A stretch of DNA of 64,000 nucleotides from Obrimoposthia wandeli (taxonomy: Eukaryota). Shown here piece by piece: positions 9,452 through 20,148 of this stretch. The position numbers and the translations under genes were made by a program. Each line of letters starts with the position of its first letter. The stretch's first letter is position 1. A model generated the notes under the pieces. It was not told the DNA's origin. It saw only the letters and a list, made by a program, of their open reading frames with translations, and did not search any database. The stretch is taken from assembly GCA_977020255.1 (NCBI GenBank), contig CDROCS010003649.1, positions 1-64,000 on the forward strand. The letters are read 5' to 3'.

Positions 9452-12400
9452 ATGATGACTAAAAATTATGTAGTGTTACTTATTCTATTTTCATTATTTA
9501 TTATGCCCGTTCAAGCACAACTGAGTTATGGTGAAGCCCAGCTTCATAATACCCTATCTCAGCTGCAAGAACTCGAGCCTACGCCGTCGATCAAATTACA
9601 GCTCAAGTACTATGAACAAGCTTTAGAAGATTTAAGCGAGGATACTAATGCCCGCCAAACTGCAGCCAATTATCAACAAATAATTGACGACTATCCAGTT
9701 ACATCACAAGCCTTAAAAGCGCAAATCAATAACTACCAACCGACCTTGTTTGCCGATGCAAGTACCTGGCAAGTGAATAGAATCGAACAAGAAATTGCAC
9801 GACAAAACTCCAGACAAACTGCGTTAAAAAAACAGCAACAAGCGCGCAGTAGCGAACTAACCACTATCGGTATTAGAATTAGCTCATTCCAGACTGATAT
9901 CGAACGTTTACGCGAGCAATTAACCAGCGTACAAAAAGATCATGATAAATTAGTCATGAGCGGTAGTAATGACGTCAGCTTAAACGATGTACAGGAAGCC
10001 TTACGGGTTGCTCTGCAAGTAAAGAAATCATCATTATCAACCCAGATCCAAATGCTGGAACTTGAACAGCTCAGTGCCAGTAATCGTAGCGAATTAGCCC
10101 AGCTCAATCGTCGTTTAAACTTATTAGAACAAAAAGACGTTAACCTCTACCTCACCACATTGACCGAGTTGCGCAACAACATATTACGTAAAGAAACCGA
10201 AGATGCGATCGCGCGTAGCAAACAAATCAATGATTCATCACTGATTAGCTCACCGTTTTTACAACTACAACTGGAAATTAACCAAGAACTCTCTGACGAA
10301 CTAGAGAGAGTTTCAGCTAAAAATGAAACAATTCAAGTTAAACAGCAAGATGTGTCGCAACAAGTCGATGCGCTCACCACCACCTTAATTAACTTTAATG
10401 AACAAGTTGAATGGTTAAAAATTAGTTCTGCATTTGGTGAAAACTTACGTGCTCAAGTCAGTAGTTTACCGGCAGAACCACCACTAGATAAACTAGAAGA
10501 AGAGATCGTAGAAAGTCGCTTAGCACGTTTTCGTTATCAAAAAATGCTCACGCAATTAGACAATCTACCGTTAACAACAAAGCCACTAACAGCTGAAGAA
10601 GAAATCAGTTTGTTGCGCTTTATTGAGTTACGTCGACTGTTACTTAGCAAACTAATTTCTAGCTTAGATAACCATATCTACGAACAAGCAAAATTAAAAG
10701 TTAGCTATAGCAAAATGAATAGCACCTTAGTGCAAATTAAGCAGCAAGCCGATGAGCATTTATTCTGGGTACCAAGCATTCCCTTATTAGGCACACAAAG
10801 TATTACAGAGCTCTTTTCGAGTATGTTGTGGCTAACTTCAATCGAGAACAGTATTACCATTCCACAGGCTATATTCTCGATACCGCTCGGCCCGCTAAGT
10901 CTTGCCGCCTTGTTAATTTTAGGCCTGACTTATTTACGCACGCCATTAAATAAATTTTTTACCAAACATATTGCAGAAACATCACCAAAAGTCGGCAAGG
11001 TCACCCAAGATAAGTTTGCTTATACACTGCGTAATCTTGCTTATTCCGCTGCTGATGCACTGATCTTACCGATCACGCTATTTATCATTTCCGAGCTATT
11101 GATAAATGCATGGCAGTATCCGTTCGCCGTCAATATTGGTCATGCATTACAAGACTCATTATTTTTATTAGCCATCTATTTATTCATGCGTAACCTGACT
11201 CGCCATAAAGGCTTACTGCAGATCCACTTGAAAATTAGTAAAGAGCGTATTGCGAAAGTTTGGGGCTATTACCAAGTACTATTTTTTATCTCTTGGCCGT
11301 CGTACATCATCCAAGTGCTATGTTACCAATATCCAGAACAAGCCTATGACGGTTCACTCGGCCGCCTAGCATTCGTCATTACATGTGGTGCATTGGTGCA
11401 ATTCTATTACCGTTTGTATCGTGAAAAGCTACCGTTAACCTATCAGAAAAAGAATAATGATAAGCCGCATATTGTTCATCACACAATTTGGACTGTATTT
11501 ATTCTTGCGCCTGTAGCGTCTGCAATTATGGCGATCATGGGTTACTTGTATACCGCCCAAGTATTATTAAAACAGATGGAATCCTCATTATTAATGGGGC
11601 TGTTCTTTTTATTAACGTATTACTTAATTCGTCGTGGCATGCATTTGCAGAAACGCCGTCTTGCCTTTGAACGTGCCAAAGCGAAACGTATCGATATTAT
11701 CGCTCAACGTGTTAAAGAAGTGGAAAAAGGTGGCCAAAATGCCAGTCAAGAAAGTCACTTTGATATCGAAGAGCCAGAGATCGATTTAGATCAAATTAGT
11801 GCGCAATCACTCGGACTATTGCGAACCTTATTAACACTGTTATTTATGGCCTTGAACGCACTGTTCTGGTCAGAAATTCAAAGTGCATTTATATTCTTGG
11901 ATACCATCACCTTGTGGGATGCTTCCAGTACCTTAAATGGGATTGAATATGTTGATCCCATCACTTTAAAAAGTTGTCTATTAGCGCTGATTATTTTTGT
12001 ACTTACCTTGGTATTGATACGCAACTTATCTGGTGCACTGGAACTGTTAATTTTACAGCATTTGGATCTATCTCCGGGTACCGGTTTTGCCATCACCACC
12101 TTAGCTAAATACATGACAATCTCGATTGGCTTTGTGGTTGGTTTTAACTTCTTAGGGGTTGATTGGGCGAAAACCCAGTGGCTAGTCGCCGCCTTAACCG
12201 TCGGTTTGGGTTTTGGTCTGCAAGAGATTTTTGCCAATTTCGTTTCCGGTTTAATCATCTTGTTTGAAAAACCGATTCGTATTGGTGATACCGTTACAAT
12301 TCGTGATTTGACCGGTAGCATCAGTAAGATTCAAACCCGTGCGACGACAATTGTCGATTGGGATAGAAAAGAAATTATTGTGCCGAATAAAGCCTTTATC

Positions 12401-12790
12401 ACCGAGCAATTTATTAACTGGTCATTATCTGACTCCATTACTCGTGTGATCATTAATATTGGCGTGGAATTTAACTCTGATATTGAGCTAGTCACAAAAC
12501 TACTATTAGAAAGTGCCGAAGAGAATAGCTTAAGCCTAGATAATCCAGGGCCAGAAGTATTCTTTATTGAATTTGCTCAGCATGCTCTACGCTTTGAAGT
12601 GCGTTGTTATGTATCAGAAATGGGCCATCGTTTGACCATGACCCATGAATTGAATTCGCGCATCACGCATGTCTTCAAAGAACACAATATTCGCATTGCC
12701 CTGCCACAGCTAGACTTACGCGTAAAAGATGGTTTTAAAGTCAGTGACAGTAGCCACATCATGAGCATGAAGAAAGGCAGCTTAAGATAG
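9452..12790 (+). CDS. mscM: Miniconductance mechanosensitive channel MscM (MscK/YjeP family)
   Basis: Signal peptide, long coiled-coil periplasmic region, TM bundle, MscS core GLGFGLQEIFANFVSGLIILFEKPIRIGD; follows psd as in E. coli. Confidence 0.88.
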   Translation: MMTKNYVVLLILFSLFIMPVQAQLSYGEAQLHNTLSQLQELEPTPSIKLQLKYYEQALEDLSEDTNARQTAANYQQIIDDYPVTSQALKAQINNYQPTLFADASTWQVNRIEQEIARQNSRQTALKKQQQARSSELTTIGIRISSFQTDIERLREQLTSVQKDHDKLVMSGSNDVSLNDVQEALRVALQVKKSSLSTQIQMLELEQLSASNRSELAQLNRRLNLLEQKDVNLYLTTLTELRNNILRKETEDAIARSKQINDSSLISSPFLQLQLEINQELSDELERVSAKNETIQVKQQDVSQQVDALTTTLINFNEQVEWLKISSAFGENLRAQVSSLPAEPPLDKLEEEIVESRLARFRYQKMLTQLDNLPLTTKPLTAEEEISLLRFIELRRLLLSKLISSLDNHIYEQAKLKVSYSKMNSTLVQIKQQADEHLFWVPSIPLLGTQSITELFSSMLWLTSIENSITIPQAIFSIPLGPLSLAALLILGLTYLRTPLNKFFTKHIAETSPKVGKVTQDKFAYTLRNLAYSAADALILPITLFIISELLINAWQYPFAVNIGHALQDSLFLLAIYLFMRNLTRHKGLLQIHLKISKERIAKVWGYYQVLFFISWPSYIIQVLCYQYPEQAYDGSLGRLAFVITCGALVQFYYRLYREKLPLTYQKKNNDKPHIVHHTIWTVFILAPVASAIMAIMGYLYTAQVLLKQMESSLLMGLFFLLTYYLIRRGMHLQKRRLAFERAKAKRIDIIAQRVKEVEKGGQNASQESHFDIEEPEIDLDQISAQSLGLLRTLLTLLFMALNALFWSEIQSAFIFLDTITLWDASSTLNGIEYVDPITLKSCLLALIIFVLTLVLIRNLSGALELLILQHLDLSPGTGFAITTLAKYMTISIGFVVGFNFLGVDWAKTQWLVAALTVGLGFGLQEIFANFVSGLIILFEKPIRIGDTVTIRDLTGSISKIQTRATTIVDWDRKEIIVPNKAFITEQFINWSLSDSITRVIINIGVEFNSDIELVTKLLLESAEENSLSLDNPGPEVFFIEFAQHALRFEVRCYVSEMGHRLTMTHELNSRITHVFKEHNIRIALPQLDLRVKDGFKVSDSSHIMSMKKGSLR

Positions 12791-12853
12791 TTTAAACGAC
12801 AGCGAAAAGGGTGAGTAACGCATCGTTATCTCACCCTTTTTTATAGGCGTAAT

Positions 12854-13828
12854 TTAAGCTCGAGGGGTAGGAAAGGCAATTACCTCATCAAGGCTATTTG
12901 CACCCATCATCAGCATCACTAACCTATCTATACCTAACGCCACACCTGCGCAATCAGGGAAGCCTGCCGTTAATGCATCAATCAGATGATAGTCGATAGG
13001 TTGCTCAGATAAATCCATGGTCTTACGCTTAGCATTATCGGCTTTAAAACGTCTTAACTGCTCTTGCGCATCAGCGAGTTCATGAAAACCATTAGCCAAT
13101 TCAATGCCTTTAAAATACACTTCAAAGCGCTCTGCCACACGTGAATCCTGTGGGCTAATACGCGCTAATGCCGCTTGCGATGCAGGGAAATCATAAATAA
13201 AACACGGCACGTCTTGGCCAATTTTACTCTCGACACCCACGTAAAATAATAACTGTAAAATAGTATCTCGGTCAGGTTCATTCTCTAATACGTCATAAAC
13301 CCCGTACGGTTTTGCCGCTTGACGTAATTCATCCATCGTCGCGGTTAGCGGGTCTAGCTGTAAAAATTGTTTGAATGCATTTTGATAAGTGAAGCGCTGC
13401 TCTTTACCAGAACCTAATATAAGAGTGATTAACTCAGACATTTCATCCATCAATTTAAAATGGTCAAAGCCGATCCGATACCATTCCAGCATAGTAAATT
13501 CAGGGTTATGATGACGCCCAGCTTCTTCGTTACGGAACGATTTACTCATCTGATAAATACAACCACTGCCTGCTGCTAGCAACCTTTTCATGTGGAACTC
13601 AGGGGATGTTTGCAGATATAAGGACAGACCTTGGCTGTAACCGGGGCCAACAAATACCGTGCTAAATGCATCTAAATGCACATCTGTCACAGCAGCTTGA
13701 CTCATCGCCGGCGTATCCACTTCTAATACATCACGCGTCGCAAAAAACTGACGAATGCTATTCAATACCGATGCTCGCGCACGTAATGCTGTAAAACTTG
13801 CACTCGGCTGCCAATTTAATTCACTCAT
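12854..13828 (-). CDS. epmA: EF-P--(R)-beta-lysine ligase
   Basis: LysRS-like catalytic domain only: [51 protein letters not shown]; start moved to 13828 behind GGAG. Confidence 0.96.
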   Translation of the reverse strand: MSELNWQPSASFTALRARASVLNSIRQFFATRDVLEVDTPAMSQAAVTDVHLDAFSTVFVGPGYSQGLSLYLQTSPEFHMKRLLAAGSGCIYQMSKSFRNEEAGRHHNPEFTMLEWYRIGFDHFKLMDEMSELITLILGSGKEQRFTYQNAFKQFLQLDPLTATMDELRQAAKPYGVYDVLENEPDRDTILQLLFYVGVESKIGQDVPCFIYDFPASQAALARISPQDSRVAERFEVYFKGIELANGFHELADAQEQLRRFKADNAKRKTMDLSEQPIDYHLIDALTAGFPDCAGVALGIDRLVMLMMGANSLDEVIAFPTPRA

Positions 13829-13881
13829 ATCCACTCCGGTTATCATAACCTAAAAAGTTAATGCTATTCATCGTCTGCATA

Positions 13882-14032
13882 ATACCCATTCCTATAAACC
13901 ACTGTGCAGAGAAATATTATTGCTATCGCAAACATACATGGCCATGGATGGCCTTGTCTAAGCGAACATGGATGTCTTGAGCGGTTTGCAGGAGTAATAT
14001 TATTTAGCGCATTTAATTATTGAAATTTGTAT
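13882..14032. mobile_element. 151-bp MITE-like dispersed repeat, copy A
   Basis: Same length and near-identical core as 34876-35026; imperfect terminal inverted repeats ATACCCATT/AATTTGTAT; nested internal palindromes; no ORF. Confidence 0.8.
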
Positions 14033-14050
14033 TATGGTTTTCCAAAAACT

Positions 14051-14077
14051 AAAATGCCAGTCAAAGACTGGCATTTT
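14051..14077 (-). terminator. efp intrinsic terminator
   Basis: AAAATGCCAGTC-AAA-GACTGGCATTTT perfect 12-bp stem. Confidence 0.85.
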
Positions 14078-14116
14078 ATCGTTCATTAACACTAATCAAG
14101 TTAGCGCATAATCAAC

Positions 14117-14683
14117 TTATTTAACACGACCAACATATTCGCCAGTACGTGTATCAACTTTAACTACTTCACCGATTTGGATGAATAGTGGTACGCGTAC
14201 AACGGCACCAGTAGTCAATGTTGCAGGTTTACCACCCGTACCCTGTGTATCGCCTTTTAGGCCAGGATCTGTTTCTACTACTTCCAATTCAACAAAGTTT
14301 GGAGGTGTAACAGCAATTGGGTTATCGTTCCACGTAGTAATAACGCAGATATCTTGTTCAACTAACCATTTAGCCGTATCGCCAACTGCTTTTGCGTCAG
14401 CTTCAACTTGCTCAAACGACTCATTGTTCATAAAATGGAAGTATTCGCCATCGTTATATAGATACGCTAATTCTATTTCCATTACGTCAGCTGCTTCAAC
14501 AGTTTCGCCAGACTTAAATGTTTTTTCTAGAATTTTACCAGAAACTAAACGACGAACTTTAACGCGATGAAATGCTTGGCCTTTACCTGGTTTTACATGA
14601 TCATGGTCGATGATAGAGCAAGGCTCATTATCAAGCATGAATTTTAAACCGCCTTTAAAATCACTGGTTTTGTATGTTGCCAT
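14117..14683 (-). CDS. efp: Elongation factor P
   Basis: VKPGKGQAF loop with the modified Lys; C-terminal TDPGLKGDT...[11 protein letters not shown]...DTRTGEY. Confidence 0.98.
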   Translation of the reverse strand: MATYKTSDFKGGLKFMLDNEPCSIIDHDHVKPGKGQAFHRVKVRRLVSGKILEKTFKSGETVEAADVMEIELAYLYNDGEYFHFMNNESFEQVEADAKAVGDTAKWLVEQDICVITTWNDNPIAVTPPNFVELEVVETDPGLKGDTQGTGGKPATLTTGAVVRVPLFIQIGEVVKVDTRTGEYVGRVK

Positions 14684-14727
14684 GTTATCCTCATGAAAAA
14701 ATAGAATTTAATAATTAGAGTTCAATA

Positions 14728-15741
14728 ATGCCGCAAATGATAACCCGAAATGGAGCAAAGATGCAGGAAAATTGGAAAAAAGACTTAGCAAGTGCCATTT
14801 CAGATCCTAGAAAGCTACTTTTTATACTAGAACTTCCCGAGACAACTTTCCAAGCGGATTTTGCGGCAAGGCAGTTATTCCCTATGCGCGTCCCCCAATC
14901 GTTTGTGGATCGCATGGAAAAAGGTAACCCTAAAGACCCACTGTTTTTGCAAGTAATGCCCAAACAGCAAGAGTTTATCCAAAAAACTGGATTCGTTAAA
15001 GATCCGCTTGATGAGCATGAATCTATCGTGCCGGGATTACTGCACAAATATACCAACCGGGTACTCTTCATTGTCCGTGGTGGTTGCGCGATCAACTGTC
15101 GTTATTGTTTCCGTCGTCACTTTCCTTATCAAGACAATAGTAATAACAAGCATGAATGGCAACAAGCGATAGACTATATTCGCTCTAAACCCGAGATCAT
15201 TGAAGTTATTTTCAGTGGCGGCGATCCGCTCATGGCCAATGATGAACAGCTAGGTTGGTTGATTAAACAATTAGAACAGATCCCACACCTTAAGCGCCTG
15301 CGTATACACACCCGTTTACCGGTGGTAATGCCTAGTCGTGTAACAGATGAATTCGTCGCGCTGTTAAAACAATCAAGCTTACGCTGTAGCGTGGTGTTAC
15401 ACATTAACCACCCGAATGAGTTGACCGCAGAATTACCCGCTGCATTAGCGAAACTAACCGCCGCTAGGATTGACCTATATAACCAAGCAGTATTATTGGC
15501 TGACATTAATGATAATGCCGATGATTTAGTTGAATTACACGAGCGCTTGTTTGATAACCGTATTCAACCTTATTACTTACATGTGTTAGATAAGGTCGAA
15601 GGCGCCAGTCATTTTGAAGTGCCGGAAGCCAAAGCCGTTGCACTCATGAATGAACTGCTATTACGTTTACCGGGATTTTTAGTACCGAAGTTAGTACGTG
15701 AGATTGGTGGAGAGAAAAGTAAAACGCCTATTGCGATTTAG
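14728..15741 (+). CDS. epmB: EF-P beta-lysylation protein (lysine 2,3-aminomutase-like radical SAM)
   Basis: CAINCRYC radical SAM motif, SGGDPL, PYYLHVLDKVEGASHF; divergent from efp. Confidence 0.96.
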   Translation: MPQMITRNGAKMQENWKKDLASAISDPRKLLFILELPETTFQADFAARQLFPMRVPQSFVDRMEKGNPKDPLFLQVMPKQQEFIQKTGFVKDPLDEHESIVPGLLHKYTNRVLFIVRGGCAINCRYCFRRHFPYQDNSNNKHEWQQAIDYIRSKPEIIEVIFSGGDPLMANDEQLGWLIKQLEQIPHLKRLRIHTRLPVVMPSRVTDEFVALLKQSSLRCSVVLHINHPNELTAELPAALAKLTAARIDLYNQAVLLADINDNADDLVELHERLFDNRIQPYYLHVLDKVEGASHFEVPEAKAVALMNELLLRLPGFLVPKLVREIGGEKSKTPIAI

Positions 15742-15842
15742 TAGCCGTTAGCCACTTATAAAATGCAGGTAATAAAAAAGGAATGACCGCTAAGTCATTC
15801 CTTTTTTCGTCTTAGCATTTATGCCCTAAATGACAATTTTAT

Positions 15843-17138
15843 CTAATGCAATTTAAGCGTTGGGCGTAATACGCGGTTTAAACTACCAACCAACATCATC
15901 AGGCCTGTTTTCACATAACCATGTAAGGCAATTTGGTGCATGCGGTACAGTGAGATATACACCATTCTAGCAATACGACCTTCTACCATCATGCTGCCTT
16001 TAGTCAGGTTACCCATCAGGCTGCCCACAGTACTAAAACTACTTAACGATACCAATGAACCGTGATCGTGATAGACGAATGATTTTAGCGTTGTTCCGCC
16101 TTGCATCAACGTCATGATATTTTTAAATGCCACTGTCGCCATTTGGTGTGCAGCTTGGGCACGCGGCGGTACAAATGAACCATCAGCTTGCGTGCACGAT
16201 GCTAAATCGCCAATCACAAAAATACTGTCATCACGACTTGCTTGTAAACTACCTTTCACCACAATCTGGTTAATACGGTTGGTTTCTAGGCCTGCGATAT
16301 CTTTCATAAAATCAGGCGCTTTAATACCCGCAGCCCACACCATTAATGATGCCGGAATTTCGTCACCATCTTTGGTCACTAACCCTTTGCTATTCGCTTC
16401 AGTCACCATGGTTTCGGTACGAACATCCACACCAATTTTAGTTAACTCGTGGTGCGCGGCAGCAGAAATACGCGCCGGTAATGCCGGTAAAATACTCTTG
16501 CCCGCTTCCACTAACGTCACGTTTAACGATGCTTGGCTTACATTGGTAAAGCCATAAGCCGATAATTGTGATGCGGTATTGTGTAATTCAGCAGAAAGCT
16601 CAACACCGGTAGCACCTGCACCAACAATGGCGATATTTACTTTGGCATCTTTATCTTTGTTTGCACCATGCAACAAGAATGCATTTAACAATTCTTTGTG
16701 GAAACGATGTGCTTGATCTGGACTGTCTAAGAAAATGCAGTTGTCTTTAACACCTTTAGTATTAAAGTCATTACACATACTACCAATCGCCAATACTAAA
16801 TAATCGTATTGCAAAGTACGCTCGGCAATTAATAATTCATTACAGTCATTATATAAAGGGGCAATAGTGACAGTTTTCGTTTCGCGGTCTAAACCTGAAA
16901 AACTACCTAGCTGAAAATCAAAGCCTTGATTCTTCGCATGTGCCGCATAACTTAATGCATCAATACCAGTATCCAGTGAACCCGTTGCAACTTCATGCAA
17001 TAACGGTTTCCACAGGTGGGTTTTATTACGATCAACCAGCGTAATGCGTGCTTTACCTTTCTTACCCAATTTACGTCCCAGTTGCGTAGCAAGCTCAAGG
17101 CCACCAGCACCGCCTCCGATCACAAGAATTTTTTTCAT
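15843..17138 (-). CDS. ndh: Type II NADH:quinone oxidoreductase
   Basis: Two Rossmann motifs ([14 protein letters not shown]), [24 protein letters not shown]. Confidence 0.95.
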   Translation of the reverse strand: MKKILVIGGGAGGLELATQLGRKLGKKGKARITLVDRNKTHLWKPLLHEVATGSLDTGIDALSYAAHAKNQGFDFQLGSFSGLDRETKTVTIAPLYNDCNELLIAERTLQYDYLVLAIGSMCNDFNTKGVKDNCIFLDSPDQAHRFHKELLNAFLLHGANKDKDAKVNIAIVGAGATGVELSAELHNTASQLSAYGFTNVSQASLNVTLVEAGKSILPALPARISAAAHHELTKIGVDVRTETMVTEANSKGLVTKDGDEIPASLMVWAAGIKAPDFMKDIAGLETNRINQIVVKGSLQASRDDSIFVIGDLASCTQADGSFVPPRAQAAHQMATVAFKNIMTLMQGGTTLKSFVYHDHGSLVSLSSFSTVGSLMGNLTKGSMMVEGRIARMVYISLYRMHQIALHGYVKTGLMMLVGSLNRVLRPTLKLH

Positions 17139-17326
17139 CTTATTAAGTCCTCATAGATATATCAGTTAACAGTACTCAAACAGCCATTTATCATCATTAT
17201 CTCAATGACTATTCCAATCGCGGTTTCAATGACAGTTAACTGATACAACTAAGCAGATGCTTATCTTGTCATTCATTCCATTGACTGAGTATTAAAGCAT
17301 GATTTTAAGGTTTAGATCTAGCAAAA

Positions 17327-17341
17327 TTGAGCTGGATCACA
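17327..17341. promoter_or_regulatory. Possible FNR/CRP-class site upstream of ndh
   Basis: TTGAG-CTGG-ATCAC(A), 8/10 to FNR TTGAT-N4-ATCAA; ndh is FNR-controlled in E. coli. Confidence 0.4.
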
Positions 17342-17455
17342 TTTTTCATATCAATATATAACCGCCTCACTGTGCAATATATATAAAAATATAATACCCA
17401 ATCGAGCTCAAGATGCTTATAATACCGACCCATTTATCGATAAGAATCCAGCGCA

Positions 17456-17806
17456 ATGACAAATCAACAACTTCATGAACAGCTAACCGCACAGCTTAAA
17501 GGCTTTTATCACCCAGCTATTGAGGCTGATGAGTTTCTTACGTTATTAAGCAAACGTAAAATCGGTAAATTCAGCGCTATCTTTGCGGCTGATAGTGGCT
17601 TTAAAGCAAATTCAAATCGATTCTTACCTTATATGGAAGAGTTAGTTGACGATCAGCAAGCATTACCAAAAACTGATGAAGACGGCTTTGATGTGGCAAT
17701 CGCAACATTCCTAGGTAAATTACAGCAAATGCATACTGTACTTGGTCAATTCTCTGAGCAATTAAAAGAGAAGAAGAAAGCAACGCCAAGCAATATTGGT
17801 GAGTAA
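17456..17806 (+). CDS. Small helical hypothetical protein
   Basis: Clean 116-aa ORF with its own terminator (AAGCGGCA...TGCCGCTTTT near 17841); FxxxSNRFLPY stretch resembles small Vibrionales/Alteromonadales proteins; family not assignable with certainty. Confidence 0.7.
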   Translation: MTNQQLHEQLTAQLKGFYHPAIEADEFLTLLSKRKIGKFSAIFAADSGFKANSNRFLPYMEELVDDQQALPKTDEDGFDVAIATFLGKLQQMHTVLGQFSEQLKEKKKATPSNIGE

Positions 17807-18195
17807 CAGCTTATTTTAGGCTTTATACATATTCATTCTAGAAGCGGCACCTGCCGCTTTTTTTCACTCTGTAAAACAAAGTAAATATTATCATCTATAT
17901 AAATAGCATTACTTTACACAAACTGCGTTGATTTAACTTAAAGCAGTTTAATCCACTAGAAACTCCATCCAACTATAGAGTTTAGGCTCTATCGATTAAA
18001 TATTTAAAACTAACTTTACTATCCTTTACAAACGTCATACACCCTCAATAAACAAAATAACACAAAGTTAAAAAACACTTTATTAACAATACTTTAATTT
18101 AAAATGCTATTTCATTTTTAAATAATTAAAACCACATTTAACAAGATTAGCCGCATCCAAAGAATGAACTTTATAACTTACATTCTATAAGCATA

Positions 18196-18224
18196 TTTAC
18201 GAACTAACACTAAAGAACTAGATT
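18196..18224 (+). promoter_or_regulatory. sigma70-type promoter of fadL paralog 1
   Basis: TTTACG-N17-TAGATT, also present at 20031-20059 ahead of paralog 2. Confidence 0.65.
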
Positions 18225-18318
18225 CCTTATCAAGATTTCAACACCTACATGTAGGTATGTTGTCCTCGATTAATTACCATATTCAGTATTTTAATTTTAA
18301 TTAAATCAGGTAGGGATC

Positions 18319-19590
18319 ATGAGAATCAATAAAGTCGCATTTACTATTACAACGTTACTTGCAGCCAGCCAAGTTCACGCTTCAGGTTTCCAAATTAATG
18401 AACACTCAGCATCAGGCTTAGGCCGTGCATTTGCCGGTGAAGCAGCAATTGGTGACAATGCAGCATCATTAGCACGCAACCCTGCATTAATGGCGACTTT
18501 TGATAGTGCTCAGCTTTCTGTTGTTGGTTCGTATGTGGCACCGGATGTGAATATTACAGGCCAGGATGAAGGCTTGCTAGGCGGTAATGCTGCAGCAAAT
18601 AGCGCGAGTGGCGTAGCACCTGCAGCCTTTGTTCCTGCTATGTATTATATCCAACCTATCAATGATGAGTGGGCATTTGGTTTAGCCATGTACTCAAACT
18701 TTGGCACAGGTACTGAATACGCTGATGACTATATTAATAACACCGCAGCTGGTACAACGCATATTGTCACCGCTACATTCAACCCAAACATCTCTTATCG
18801 TATCAATGAACAATTTAGTATAGGTGCTGGTGTAAGTGCTATTTATTCGACTGCAGAGTTAGAAAGAAAGAGTGATTCATTAGGTACAGTTGCGGATATG
18901 GAAGGGGATGGTATCAACTTCAGCTGGAATGTCGGCGCATTATATGAAATAAACGAAAACCACCGTTTTGGTATTAGTTACAAGCATAGTTCAGAAATGA
19001 ACCTTGAAGGTCAATACTCAGGAATTGTAGGGTATAAGTTTGGTGGGTTAGTTCCTGTTTATGGTGAGGATATTGACGGTACTATGGATAACACATTACC
19101 AGCTATTCTCGAAATATCTGGTTATCATAAACTAACCAATAAATTTGCAGTGTCGTACAGCTGGCAATATACAACCTGGTCTGATTTTGGCGATATCGTC
19201 GGCAATAGCTCAAATCCAGATGAGTGCAATACCGGAGGAGTGGCTGGCCAATGTTTATTGAAATCTGAAAATTTCAATAACTCAAGCCGCTATTCAATCG
19301 GTACTGAATATTATGCATCGGAATCGGTAACCCTACGCGCTGGTTACGCCTATGACGAGCAAGCTGCAGACCCGACTTTGAGTATTCCTGATTCAGATCG
19401 TCAGTGGTATACCGCAGGTATGACTTATAAAATGACTCAATCGCTATCATTTGATCTAGCCGCTGCCTTTATTGCTGGTAAAGAAGTTACTTTTGATGAA
19501 GAAATCCCAGGTTATATTGGAGGAGATAAGACTTTCACCTCTAATGGCGACGCTTGGTTATACTCAGCGCAATTAAATTACAGCTTCTAA
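18319..19590 (+). CDS. fadL: Long-chain fatty acid outer-membrane transporter, FadL/OmpP1 family, paralog 1
   Basis: Signal peptide; GFQINEHSASGLGRAFAG, NPA motif, SIPDSDRQW, C-terminal YSF. Confidence 0.92.
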   Translation: MRINKVAFTITTLLAASQVHASGFQINEHSASGLGRAFAGEAAIGDNAASLARNPALMATFDSAQLSVVGSYVAPDVNITGQDEGLLGGNAAANSASGVAPAAFVPAMYYIQPINDEWAFGLAMYSNFGTGTEYADDYINNTAAGTTHIVTATFNPNISYRINEQFSIGAGVSAIYSTAELERKSDSLGTVADMEGDGINFSWNVGALYEINENHRFGISYKHSSEMNLEGQYSGIVGYKFGGLVPVYGEDIDGTMDNTLPAILEISGYHKLTNKFAVSYSWQYTTWSDFGDIVGNSSNPDECNTGGVAGQCLLKSENFNNSSRYSIGTEYYASESVTLRAGYAYDEQAADPTLSIPDSDRQWYTAGMTYKMTQSLSFDLAAAFIAGKEVTFDEEIPGYIGGDKTFTSNGDAWLYSAQLNYSF

Positions 19591-20030
19591 TTACTCAAAA
19601 TTAAGCACATTCTAATGCCGTCCACCTTATTGGATGGCATATTTATTTTTAACAACACGATCAAATAAAACTAACGGCTCCCCCCCTGATCAAAAAATCC
19701 TTCAAATAAATAGTTCCAAAAAACTATAAAAAACAATATAGATACCTCTAAATGTATATCTTTTAGTTATAAAGAGTAAAAAAAGCGCTATTTTGTAGAG
19801 TCTTAGCTCTACATTTAAGGCGATCTCTTAGTAATATTTAAAATATTTGCAAACAGATCAGAGCAGTTTAATTTGAGTATTTCATAAGATGTACGACAAT
19901 GTTACTTATAGACTAATAACAACAACTTACAATCAATTGTTGATTAAATGAAACGATTGTTAACTAAATGTTGGACTCCATAAAGTATTAGAAAAATAGA
20001 CACCTAGTCATAAAAGACTATAAAAATGTC

Positions 20031-20059
20031 TTTACGATCTAATACGAAAGAATTAGATT
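20031..20059 (+). promoter_or_regulatory. sigma70-type promoter of fadL paralog 2
   Basis: TTTACG-N17-TAGATT with spacer similar to the paralog 1 promoter. Confidence 0.65.
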
Positions 20060-20148
20060 TCAATGCAAGATTTAAAGGGTATTTAAAAAGTTCATTTTAT
20101 TTAACCCTATATCGCATTCATAAATTCAAATTTTATATGGTGGTTTAC

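Noticed and set aside
20026-20148. 41-codon N-terminal extension of fadL paralog 2
   Set aside because: It overlaps the predicted promoter; the paralog comparison fixes the start at MRINKV (20149).
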